Shown here piece by piece: positions 7,945 to 16,876 of a stretch of DNA of 64,000 bases. The first letter of the stretch is position 1; each line of letters begins with the position of its first letter. A program made the position numbers and the translations under genes. This DNA is from an uncultured Acidobacteriota bacterium. GTDB lineage: Bacteria; Acidobacteriota; JAQAZP01. The stretch is from assembly GCA_963836075.1 (NCBI GenBank), contig CAWIIB010000001.1, forward strand, positions 416,001 to 480,000, read 5' to 3'. Under the pieces are notes generated by a model. The model was not told the DNA's origin, made no database searches, and saw only the letters and a program-made list of their open reading frames with translations.

Positions 7945-10461
7945 GAAATCTCCTCCGCTGACCTTGACCCCGTAACCGAACTCGGCGAGGTCGTAGGCCG
8001 GGAAGTCAATGCTCTCCACCGGGGCCAGCGGACCGGTCCCGTCATAGTTCCAGGCCCTGACCCGGGCTTCAAAGGAAGCGCCGGGCCCCGGGCCGGTGAT
8101 GATCTCGTCATAACCGTCGTTGTCGATGTCGGCCAGTCCGACGGTTGCGCCGTACTCGGAGTACTCGTCATAGGCCATGAAACTGACCCCGGCCACCGGG
8201 GCCAGGGACGACCCGTCATAGTTGAAAGCCCGGATGTGCGGGCCGAAAACAGTGCCCGGCCCGGGCGCGGTGACGATCTCGTCCATCCCGTCGCCGTCGA
8301 GGTCGCCGCAGGCGACGCGCACGCCCCACTGGTTGGTGGTGTAGGCGAAAAAGTTCACACTGCGTATGGGCGTTACGGCGGCGCCGTCATAGTTGAAAGC
8401 CCGTACGTGGGGTCCAAAGACCTTGCCCGGGCCGGCGCCGGTAATGATCTCGGCATAGCCGTCGCCGTCGATGTCACCGCCGGTCACGTTGGCACCGAAC
8501 TTGAGCGTGCCGTAGGCGAAGAAACTGACCCCCGGAATGGCCGATGCCGTGCCGCTGCTGCAGTCGAAGGCCCGGACGTGGGGGCCGAACACCGCGCCGG
8601 GTCCGGCGCCGGTGATGATGTCATCACAGCCGTCACCGTTGAGGTCGGCCGCGGCGACATTGACCCCGTACTTCAGGGTCCCGTAGGCGAAGAAGTTTAC
8701 CGCACTGCCCAGCGGCGTCCCGTCGAGCTCGAATCCCCTGACCTGCGGGCCGAAGATGGCCCCCGGTCCGGGACCGGTGATGATTTCAGCCGAGCCGTCG
8801 TTGTCCAGATCTCCGCAGATCACATTCACACCGTAGGCGCTGGCGCCATAGGCCGAGAATTCACTCACCGGCACGGCGGTGTCCGTCGGGTCGAAGACCC
8901 GGACCAGCGGGGCGTTATCCGGCCCCTCGCCGGGCCCGGTGACGATCATCGCCGGCTGCGGCGGCGGAGGCGCCGGCATGGTGCTGAAGCTCCAGACCGG
9001 TGAACTGGTGCTGCCGCTGCCGTTGTTGGCCTTGACCCGCCAGTAGTAGGTGGTGGAAAATTCCAGCGTGCCCAGCCCCTCGAAACAGGTTCCGGACATG
9101 CTCCCGGCCACCACCGGCGGACTGGGGTCTTCACCAAAGTATACGGTGTAACTTTCCGCCCGGGCCGCCTCGTCCCAGCAGAGATCGATGTCCAGCAGGG
9201 TATTCTCCGCCCCGTCCGCCGGGTCGGGGTTCACCGGCTCGTCCGGCGGCAGAGTCTCCGCCAAGGTGCTGAAGCTCCAGACCGGCGAGGAGGCGCTGCC
9301 GCTGTCGTTGTTGGCCTTGATCCGCCAGTAGTAGGTGGTGGAGAAGTCGAGGGTGCCCAACCCGTCATAGGAGGTGCCGGTCACGCTGCCGGCAACCGGC
9401 GGGTTGCTGTCCGTGCCGAAGTAGACGGTGTAGCTGGTGGCCCGTGGCGCCGCGTCCCAGTGCAGGGTCACGTCCCGTACGGTGTCCTGGGCCCCGTCCG
9501 CCGGATCGGGGTTGTCCGGTGCGTCGGGCGGGTCCACCGTGCCGCTGTACTGCAGCAATGAACCGCCATAGCCGATGTTGGCCGTGCCGTATTTCATGTA
9601 GGCGTAGCCGTCAATGCCCCAGCCGGTTCCCCAGCTGTTCTTGATGATCCAGGCGCCGGTGCCGCAGACGTCATCATCCCAGCCGACGATAATCACCCCG
9701 TGGTTCACCTCGCTGGTGGTGCCGTGCTCGTAGCAGCCGTCGTCGTACGAGTAAAAATCGTTCCAGACATACATGGCCACCGCCACCGGCGCCACCTGCA
9801 CCGCGGCCTTGATGCTGTTGACGTTGTTGCTCACCGAGCTCCAGCCGTCGATCACGTCCACCACAGTGCACTCGTCCTGGGTGCAGGGCACCGTGTCGCT
9901 GGCCGCGTACGGCATGCACGACTCCTCAACGGCGCCAAAGGTGTAGAAGAGGTTGTAGGCCGAGGTCATCCAGCCGCCGTCACAGCCGTCACCGGACGTG
10001 TTGCAGGAAACCACCTGCTGCTCTGAAAGGTCCCACTCCACCCCGGTGTTGATCTTGATGATCGACTCGAAGGCCCCGGTGGAGTTGAAGGCCCAGCAAC
10101 TGCCGCAGCTGCCCTGGTTTTTCACCGCCGTGGTGCCGCCAAGCACCCGCCAGTCAAAGATCGTCGGGTTGGGTACCGCCGGCTGATCCACGTGGATCTC
10201 CCCCAGGCTCAGGTCCTCCGGCGGGGCGACCACGCCGAGCAGCATCTTTTTCTGCTCGTCGGAGAGATTGGACACCGACGTGCGGCCGGCGGTCCAGTCC
10301 CAGCCGTTCCGTTCGATCATCAGCTGGATTTCAGGCAGCCGGGCGTCACCTTCCCCCGCAGGGGGCTGGATGGTCACCGGAGTCAGGGGCTCTGCCGGCG
10401 ACGGGGCGGCGACGGTGAATAAGGCAACTATGATTAGCAGAATGAGTGGTTTGTGAAACAT
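7942..10461 (-). CDS. Secreted papain-family (C1A) cysteine peptidase with two FN3-like repeats and C-terminal FG-GAP-like propeller
   Basis: Signal peptide; QGSCGSCWAF, NHGV and KNSWG catalytic motifs; two ~97-aa TTYYWR repeats; GDxDGDGxDEIITGxGPG repeats. Confidence 0.93.
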   Translation of the reverse strand: MFHKPLILLIIVALFTVAAPSPAEPLTPVTIQPPAGEGDARLPEIQLMIERNGWDWTAGRTSVSNLSDEQKKMLLGVVAPPEDLSLGEIHVDQPAVPNPTIFDWRVLGGTTAVKNQGSCGSCWAFNSTGAFESIIKINTGVEWDLSEQQVVSCNTSGDGCDGGWMTSAYNLFYTFGAVEESCMPYAASDTVPCTQDECTVVDVIDGWSSVSNNVNSIKAAVQVAPVAVAMYVWNDFYSYDDGCYEHGTTSEVNHGVIIVGWDDDVCGTGAWIIKNSWGTGWGIDGYAYMKYGTANIGYGGSLLQYSGTVDPPDAPDNPDPADGAQDTVRDVTLHWDAAPRATSYTVYFGTDSNPPVAGSVTGTSYDGLGTLDFSTTYYWRIKANNDSGSASSPVWSFSTLAETLPPDEPVNPDPADGAENTLLDIDLCWDEAARAESYTVYFGEDPSPPVVAGSMSGTCFEGLGTLEFSTTYYWRVKANNGSGSTSSPVWSFSTMPAPPPPQPAMIVTGPGEGPDNAPLVRVFDPTDTAVPVSEFSAYGASAYGVNVICGDLDNDGSAEIITGPGPGAIFGPQVRGFELDGTPLGSAVNFFAYGTLKYGVNVAAADLNGDGCDDIITGAGPGAVFGPHVRAFDCSSGTASAIPGVSFFAYGTLKFGANVTGGDIDGDGYAEIITGAGPGKVFGPHVRAFNYDGAAVTPIRSVNFFAYTTNQWGVRVACGDLDGDGMDEIVTAPGPGTVFGPHIRAFNYDGSSLAPVAGVSFMAYDEYSEYGATVGLADIDNDGYDEIITGPGPGASFEARVRAWNYDGTGPLAPVESIDFPAYDLAEFGYGVKVSGGDF

Positions 10462-10627
10462 GACAGCTCCCCTTTAGTGGTACGTTCCGGCATCCGGGGC
10501 GGTAGCCCGGCACCGAAATCCTCCGAGAGTGCGGCCATGTCTACATCACAATAATGCTACCCGAGAAGTCTTATCGTCATTGTTTTGCAGGGACTTGAAT
10601 GATTTTCGTGTCCTGGGGCAGGGAGAA

Positions 10628-12943
10628 TCACTCGAAGAGGTCGAGGGACTCGAAGAGGTCGTCGAAATCGGCCAGTTCCTCCCAGGCCTTCCAGGCCCAG
10701 CGCATCTCCTCGGGGACCGAGGTGCGCCCGCAGAATCCGCCGATGTTGGGCAGTCCCCGCGCACTGATCGACCAGTCGAAGAGATACGAATCGGCGGGAT
10801 AACCGGTGAAGAAAAAATGCACCGGTTCGTTCCAGCGCAACGCCGACATCACAAAATGGGCCAGTTTTCTGTTGAGCTGCTCCTCCCCTTTCTCCTGGGC
10901 CTTGCAAATCGTCCCGAAGCGGTAGGGATGCCGATTGGCCAGCTTCCTGGTCAGCGACCCGGGCACGGCCTCCCGGGCCGCAAGGACTTTCGCCGCCAGG
11001 GTGTCCAGGGCGTCGTCCCGAAGGATCAGGTGCCAGCGATAGTCGAAGCGCTGGAAAGAACTGCGGTCGGGCAGGACGCCGGGGAACCCGGACTTCTCGA
11101 GCATGTCACTGCCCACCGACCGTTCGGTGCGCTTGAGCATCGCCCGCAGCTCCCGCCTGGTGGTGCGGGTTTCCTTGCGCCGGACAAAGATCTCGACAAA
11201 ATCGGTGAGCGGGTAGGAATCGTTGCGGCCGCGGCTGGAAAGGTAGTGCACTTCGATGTCGTGGCGGTCGCGGTTGAGCAGCAGGCGCTCGTTTTTCCCG
11301 TAGTAGTGCCGGCCGCTGGTGCCGCTGACACTCTCGCCGGTGAGCGGGCTGGTCAGTTTCCAGCGGTCATTCATCGTGGATGCGGCCCGGGAGATCGAGG
11401 CCAGTTTCAGGTCGGCCTTGCCATAGAGGTAGTGGGACAGATACTTGCTCTCCACCCGGTGGTCCCACTGGAAATCGGGCAGGTTCTTGGTGATCACCGA
11501 ATCGAGGGTCCGGGTGTCAACTTCACGAAAGAAAAAGAACAGGTCCCCCACCGCCGCTCCGCCCAGGCGATACCCCGAAATCCGCAACCCCTGCTTCAGG
11601 GCGGTAATCGTGTCGGCCGCCTGGCTGTCGTCATTGAGGTCAATGCTTCGCTGGTAAAAAAGACGTGCTCCGCGGGTGTGGTCAGCCCGCAGTTTGAGAA
11701 AGGAACCGAGCAGCCTGCGCCAGTCGTACCAGGTCCGCTTGTCGAATCGGGCGCGGAAATCGATGAAGGCCACCCGCTCCACCCGGCCGCCGAAACGGAG
11801 TTCCACGTGATCCTCGAAATCGCGGGCCATGGAAAGGAAGAAGGTGCCGCGCAGCCCCAGCTTGAAAGACTCTTTCAGCGGCAGATACTCGGTGAATTCA
11901 TGAACCACCCGTGTTTCACCGAGATAGACACCGGTGGAAGTGGGAAAGACCACCCGCACCCCCGGCGGCAGCTGGCGTAGCTTCTCCACGCTCCAGGGGA
12001 GTTTTCGCGGGTCGTAGGGCTTGGCGAAGAGGGCTTTGTACCACCTGGTGTAACCGCCGCGAAAGATCACCACCCTTCTCTTGGCCTCCACGGAAACGCC
12101 GGTATTGGAGCTGGCCCCCAGGTAGCCCAGCAGCAGACTCAGTTCCCCTTCCAGGGAATCGACCACGGTGAAGGTGTCGTCCTCCTCCATGCGGATCCGC
12201 CGCTGCAGCGCGATTCTCGGTGTCAGGTCACCGATGTTGAAGTTGTAGGTCGACTTCAGTGAAACGGTAATCGGCACCCCCCGGATGTCGGTCAACTCGT
12301 CAATGACGATCTCCGAAGCCAGTTGCCGGATCACCCGGCCGATCCTCTTCAGGCCACGCTCCACACCTGAATCCTGTTGCCCGGAAATTGCAGGTGGAGG
12401 CACCAGAGGCGCCAGGGTCTCCAGCGGATAGGGCGGCAACGACCAGAGGTCAGCAGCGGTACTGCCTTCCCGGATCACCATCAGCGACCGTCCCCTGCGC
12501 GAGGCCATCACGAACCCGCCGGGGATCTCGCCGGTGAGCTGGTCCCAGCCGGGCGGGTCGCTGTGGCCGCACTGAACGAGGAACTGCTCCAGCCGGTCCC
12601 GGGGGATGCGCCACGTTTCGATCAGTGAGAGCCGGCCGGCGCCGTCGTAATCGATGCGCCGTTCGTATTCCAGCTTGTAGCCCAGCTCCTTCCGCTCCCA
12701 CTGTAGTTGGAGCGTGGGGGCCAGTTCGATACCGTTCCCCTGCAGGACCTGCGCACGGGCAGCATCCTCGATGCGCTGGTGGACCTGCTGGTGGAAAAGT
12801 TCCGGGGGAACGATGGTGCTCGAGGCCAGGCAATGGGAGGCGTGAAGCAGGAGGAACAGGATGCAGAGCAACGGGATGACCGCCGCCCGGCAGTTCCAGG
12901 GAAGCCGATGCCCGTGATCATTCATCCAGTTCATCCGCATCAA
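10628..12943 (-). CDS. Hypothetical exported protein (771 aa)
   Basis: Long ORF with host-like codon usage and a hydrophobic signal-like N-terminus; no family recognised. Confidence 0.75.
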   Translation of the reverse strand: MMRMNWMNDHGHRLPWNCRAAVIPLLCILFLLLHASHCLASSTIVPPELFHQQVHQRIEDAARAQVLQGNGIELAPTLQLQWERKELGYKLEYERRIDYDGAGRLSLIETWRIPRDRLEQFLVQCGHSDPPGWDQLTGEIPGGFVMASRRGRSLMVIREGSTAADLWSLPPYPLETLAPLVPPPAISGQQDSGVERGLKRIGRVIRQLASEIVIDELTDIRGVPITVSLKSTYNFNIGDLTPRIALQRRIRMEEDDTFTVVDSLEGELSLLLGYLGASSNTGVSVEAKRRVVIFRGGYTRWYKALFAKPYDPRKLPWSVEKLRQLPPGVRVVFPTSTGVYLGETRVVHEFTEYLPLKESFKLGLRGTFFLSMARDFEDHVELRFGGRVERVAFIDFRARFDKRTWYDWRRLLGSFLKLRADHTRGARLFYQRSIDLNDDSQAADTITALKQGLRISGYRLGGAAVGDLFFFFREVDTRTLDSVITKNLPDFQWDHRVESKYLSHYLYGKADLKLASISRAASTMNDRWKLTSPLTGESVSGTSGRHYYGKNERLLLNRDRHDIEVHYLSSRGRNDSYPLTDFVEIFVRRKETRTTRRELRAMLKRTERSVGSDMLEKSGFPGVLPDRSSFQRFDYRWHLILRDDALDTLAAKVLAAREAVPGSLTRKLANRHPYRFGTICKAQEKGEEQLNRKLAHFVMSALRWNEPVHFFFTGYPADSYLFDWSISARGLPNIGGFCGRTSVPEEMRWAWKAWEELADFDDLFESLDLFE

Positions 12944-12963
12944 TCACCTGCCGCGGCACACAG

Positions 12964-13007
12964 AAAAGAAAAAGCCCGGCAACCATAGATTGTAACGGCT
13001 GCCGGGC
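12964..13007 (-). terminator. Intrinsic terminator
   Basis: GCCCGGCAGCC...GGTTGCCGGGC followed by TTTTTCTTTT on the minus strand. Confidence 0.65.
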
Positions 13008-13056
13008 GATTGTGCATCTCAAAACGCCGGATTGTCCATCAACGGGCTCGTTGCCC

Positions 13057-14694
13057 CTAGTTCACCGTGCAGGTGTAAACGTTGTCGTCGTTCACCGACG
13101 GGTCGGAGGCCAGCTCCACAAAAAAGTGGATCGTACTGACCGTCCCCGTGGTGGCGTCAACGGGAACCGAAAAATCGATGGAACAGGCATTGGGCCCGGG
13201 ATCCAGGGGACGGGTTATGACGGTGTCCCAGCTGACACAGAGGCCGGGGACACAGTAGGCATTCTCCCAGTCGGCCGGGGTGCTGGTGGCCCTGAACGTG
13301 AAGTCAACCGCCGTATCGTAGTGGTTGGTGACCACAATGTCGATGACCACGTATTCGCCAGGGTTTCCGGTGACGTCTTTCACTTCGGATTCAATGGTCA
13401 CCCCGGTGCCGCCGCCGGTCTCCACGGTGAAGTCCCGGTAGTCGGGCGTGGGGTCGATGTTGCCCGAACTGTCCTGGGCCCGGACCCAGAAGCGGTGAGC
13501 ACCATCGGCAAGGCCGGTGTAGGTGGCCATGGTGCTGCCGCTCCAGGCCGACCAGGCGCCTCCGTCCATCCGGTGCTGGAAGACCAGCGCGGAGGCCGGA
13601 TCGGTGTCGTCGCTGCCGGTGAAGGTGAAGTCCACGTCGGCGTAATCGATGGTGCCGCTGGGCCCGGAGGTGATCATCGTTTCCGGCGGGATGACATCCG
13701 GGGGTTCGCCGGTGTCCACGGTGAAGTCCCGTGTGGCAGGTGTCTGATCGACGTTGCCCGAGGTGTCCCGGGCCCGCACGGAGAAGGTGTGGTCCCCTTC
13801 GGATACGCTGTAGTTGGCGGTAGTGTTGCCGCTGTAGGATGACCAGGCGCCGTTGTCCATCTTGTGCGAGTAGACCAGGTCGGCCGTGGAATCCTCGTTG
13901 TCGCTGCCGGTGTAGGTGAAGGTCACGTTGGTGTAGTCGATGATCCCGCTGGGCCCCGAAGTGATCACCGTTTCAGGCGGGATGATGTCGCCGCCGCCGG
14001 TGGTGTCCACGGTGAATGTCCGCGTTGCCGGGCTGGGATCCACATTGCCGGCGGTGTCCCGGGCCCGCACCTCGAAGGTGTGAGAGCCGTCGGCCAGACC
14101 GGTGAAGGTGGTGCTGCTGTCGCCGCCGTAGCTGGACCAGCCGCCAAAGTCGATCCGCCAGGAGTAGACCAGGTCAGCGGTCTGATCGGTGTCGTCGGTG
14201 CCGGTCCACTCGAAATAGACGTCGCCGGTGTTCACCGTACCCTCGGGGCCGTCCACGATCTGCGTCTCCGGCGGGGTGATGTCTCCCTCGCTGCTGGTAT
14301 TGACGGTGAAGGTGCGCTCGGCCGGTGTGGGGTCCACCAGGCCGGCCCGGTTCCGTGCCCGGACCTTGAAGGTGTAGGTCCCGTCGGGCAGACCGCTGTA
14401 GGTGGCCATGGTGGAATTGTCGTACTCGCTCCACGCGCTGTCCTGGGGCTGCAGGATCCAGGAGAACATCAGGTCCCCAGGTTCGTCATTGGGATCGGTG
14501 CCGCTGAAGGTGAAGGTGACGTCACCGCTGGTGACGGTTCCTTCGGGACCCGAATCGATGGTGGTCTCCGGGAACTCCTCCCCCTCACCGGGGTCGGTGG
14601 GCGAGTCGTCGCAGTCGGTACAACAGCCGAATGGCAGACTCATGGCCAGCAGCAGGAATATAACCATAAAAAAACGTTGCCAACTTTTAGTCAT
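13057..14694 (-). CDS. Lipoprotein with four tandem Ig/FN3-like (Y_Y_Y / Big-like) repeats
   Basis: Lipobox-like LPFGC; four ~97-aa repeats PETxIxSGP...HTFxVRARDxxGNVDPTPA. Confidence 0.85.
   Translation of the reverse strand: MTKSWQRFFMVIFLLLAMSLPFGCCTDCDDSPTDPGEGEEFPETTIDSGPEGTVTSGDVTFTFSGTDPNDEPGDLMFSWILQPQDSAWSEYDNSTMATYSGLPDGTYTFKVRARNRAGLVDPTPAERTFTVNTSSEGDITPPETQIVDGPEGTVNTGDVYFEWTGTDDTDQTADLVYSWRIDFGGWSSYGGDSSTTFTGLADGSHTFEVRARDTAGNVDPSPATRTFTVDTTGGGDIIPPETVITSGPSGIIDYTNVTFTYTGSDNEDSTADLVYSHKMDNGAWSSYSGNTTANYSVSEGDHTFSVRARDTSGNVDQTPATRDFTVDTGEPPDVIPPETMITSGPSGTIDYADVDFTFTGSDDTDPASALVFQHRMDGGAWSAWSGSTMATYTGLADGAHRFWVRAQDSSGNIDPTPDYRDFTVETGGGTGVTIESEVKDVTGNPGEYVVIDIVVTNHYDTAVDFTFRATSTPADWENAYCVPGLCVSWDTVITRPLDPGPNACSIDFSVPVDATTGTVSTIHFFVELASDPSVNDDNVYTCTVN
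13418..14574 (-). repeat. Four ~290-bp intragenic tandem repeats (boundaries approximate)
   Basis: Repeats are visible in both protein and DNA. Confidence 0.85.
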
Positions 14695-14903
14695 CGGGAC
14701 TCAGCTCCTCTCGCTCCAACCGGGAAACGCCTGGCCACACCATAGCCCCTTACCCGGGGGCCAGGGCAACACAGACGCAGTCTTTAACCACCCTGCGCTG
14801 AAGGATAGCACAGCCCACACCACGCATCAATAACCGTATTGACAACAATGGTTTTCCCGGCAAATAATCGATTGAATCAGGTGGATATAGTGAGGTGCCG
14901 GCG

Positions 14904-15563
14904 ATGGAACACGAACAGCGCACCGCTCTGGTGATCCTCGATTTCGACGGCACCCTGGTGGACACCCGGGACGACATCGTCGACGGGATCAACCAGGCCC
15001 TGGACGACCTCGGCCTTCCCCGGCGGCCGGGTCCCGAGATCGCCGGCTTTATCGGCCGCGGGGTGGAGACCCTGGCGGCGCTCAGCCTGCCCCCCGGTCG
15101 TGATGACCTGCTGCTTCCCATGCTGGAGCGGTTCCGAGTCCGCTACGGCAGCTGCTTCGACCAGACCGCCAGACTCTATCCCGGCGTGCCGGAGGGTCTG
15201 GAGACCATGAGACAGCGGGACGTTCAGCTGGCGGTGGCCTCCAACAAGCCTTCGCTGTTCCTGGTCAAGCTGCTGGAGAAGTTCGATCTGCGGTCCCGGT
15301 TCATGGCGGTGCTGGGCGGGGACTCCATGGACCGCAAAAAACCCGATCCCTGGTCCGTCCGCCATATCTGCACCTTGAGCCGGGTGCCGCCGGAACAGAC
15401 CCTGATGGTGGGAGACATGCGCTACGACGTGGAGACCGGGGTCAATGCCGGGACCAGAACTTGCGGCGTCCTCTACGGCTACGGGTCGGCGGAGGAACTG
15501 CGCGACGCCGGAGCCGACCACCTGGCGCCGTCATTCCCCGACGTCCTGCCGCTGGTTCACTGA
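14904..15563 (+). CDS. HAD-IA hydrolase, phosphoglycolate phosphatase-like
   Basis: DFDGTL, SNK, KPDP and GDxxYD motifs; RBS GAGGTG. Confidence 0.9.
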   Translation: MEHEQRTALVILDFDGTLVDTRDDIVDGINQALDDLGLPRRPGPEIAGFIGRGVETLAALSLPPGRDDLLLPMLERFRVRYGSCFDQTARLYPGVPEGLETMRQRDVQLAVASNKPSLFLVKLLEKFDLRSRFMAVLGGDSMDRKKPDPWSVRHICTLSRVPPEQTLMVGDMRYDVETGVNAGTRTCGVLYGYGSAEELRDAGADHLAPSFPDVLPLVH

Positions 15564-15579
15564 GCGTCCGGCCCGCAAC

Positions 15580-16257
15580 TCACAGCCCGAGGCCCCGGGC
15601 CAGTTTCCTCAGCCAGGGCAGGCTGTTCACCGCCTGGATCAGCGACTCATGCTCCAGCACCGCCAGCTCGGGCAGCGGGATAACCGAGCGCTCCAGATAG
15701 TGTCCCACCCGGCCCTGCCCCATGGCGCACCACTGGTCCTGCTGCTGCTCCGCGGTGGGGCAGTCAATGAGGTGCAGGATGTAACGGACCCCGGCCAGCC
15801 GGGTGAACAGGCGGTCGGCAAACCGGCCGGCATCACGCTCATCGGTGTTCTTGAACAGGCGGGGCAGGTCGAAAACCGGGATTGCCCCGGAGCTCCGGCA
15901 GTGGTCGAGCCACGCATGATACTCGTCGGCCGGGGTGCCGAAGGGTGAGAACTCCCAGGCCGCCCGGCCGGTGCGCGGCACGATCTGCTGGACCGGGTAG
16001 TGTCCGATCACCGCCGTGTCCGGCTGCGCAATGCGGTCCAGCGCCGCCAGCGTCGCGGGGTCCGTTTCCGGGGGCAGATGGACCGCCAGCAGCAGGCCGG
16101 TTTCTTTCAGCGTGCCGCACCATTTCTCAAGGAGCTCCTCCCCGGCGGCACGCTCATTGTTCAGATAGAGCTGGATGCCGTCGAAGCCCCTGTCCGCGGC
16201 CAGGGAGGCCAATTCGAACAGGTCAAAACCGGTGGGACTGTTGATCAGACATTTCAT
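15580..16257 (-). CDS. Xylose isomerase / AP endonuclease 2-like TIM-barrel protein (divergent)
   Basis: GFDGIQLY, VHLP, WE, FDLPR, LHLID, MGQG and VLEHE pattern. Confidence 0.6.
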   Translation of the reverse strand: MKCLINSPTGFDLFELASLAADRGFDGIQLYLNNERAAGEELLEKWCGTLKETGLLLAVHLPPETDPATLAALDRIAQPDTAVIGHYPVQQIVPRTGRAAWEFSPFGTPADEYHAWLDHCRSSGAIPVFDLPRLFKNTDERDAGRFADRLFTRLAGVRYILHLIDCPTAEQQQDQWCAMGQGRVGHYLERSVIPLPELAVLEHESLIQAVNSLPWLRKLARGLGL

Positions 16258-16334
16258 TGTACCGTTGCCACCATCAGAAGGATCTTTGATAATCTAGCAG
16301 TACCACAGTATATTATTCGGGGAGGAGACGGCAA

Positions 16335-16808
16335 ATGGATAAAAAACGACTTGATCACATTGATCAGAAGATTCTCGTCATTCTCCAGGACATGGGTCGG
16401 ATCACCAACGCCCAGCTGTCCGCCGAGGTGGGCCTCTCCCCTTCCCGAACGCTGGAGCGGGTCAGGCGACTGGAGAACCGCGGTGTGATCCGGAAGTATG
16501 TGGCCCTGGTGGATCCCGAGGTGCTGGACCGCGGCACCCTGGCCTATGTCCAGGTCTCGCTCTCCCGCCACGGCATCAGCGCCATCCACCGCTTCCTCGA
16601 GGCGATCCGCGAGATTCCGGAGGTGCTGGAGTGCCACCACATTGCCGGTGACTTCGACTACCTGCTGAAGGTCAGGGTGAAGAACATTCCCGCATACCAG
16701 GAGTTCGCCCTGCAGCGTCTAACCTCCCTCGACGGCATCCGCACCTTCGAGACCTACTTTGTCCTGGGCACCGAAAAGCAGGAAACCTCCCTGCCCGTAG
16801 CGGAGTGA
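16335..16808 (+). CDS. Lrp/AsnC-family transcriptional regulator
   Basis: LDxIDxKIL, HTH (VGLSPS...RVRRLE) and C-terminal ECHHIAGDFDYLLKV. Confidence 0.95.
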   Translation: MDKKRLDHIDQKILVILQDMGRITNAQLSAEVGLSPSRTLERVRRLENRGVIRKYVALVDPEVLDRGTLAYVQVSLSRHGISAIHRFLEAIREIPEVLECHHIAGDFDYLLKVRVKNIPAYQEFALQRLTSLDGIRTFETYFVLGTEKQETSLPVAE

Positions 16809-16821
16809 AGCGTGGCTGCAT

Positions 16822-16852
16822 AAAAAAAGCCCGCCGGTGGCCGGCGGGCTTT
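16822..16852. terminator. Intrinsic terminator (mainly for the minus-strand operon)
   Basis: A7-GCCCGCCGG-TGG-CCGGCGGGC-TTT. Confidence 0.85.
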
Positions 16853-16876
16853 AGAACGCTCAACGATGAACGTGCG

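Noticed and set aside
7942-8949. Diversity-generating retroelement template/variable repeat between the two propeller-coding regions
   Set aside because: Differences are spread over all bases and consistent with ordinary protein divergence; no reverse transcriptase in the window.
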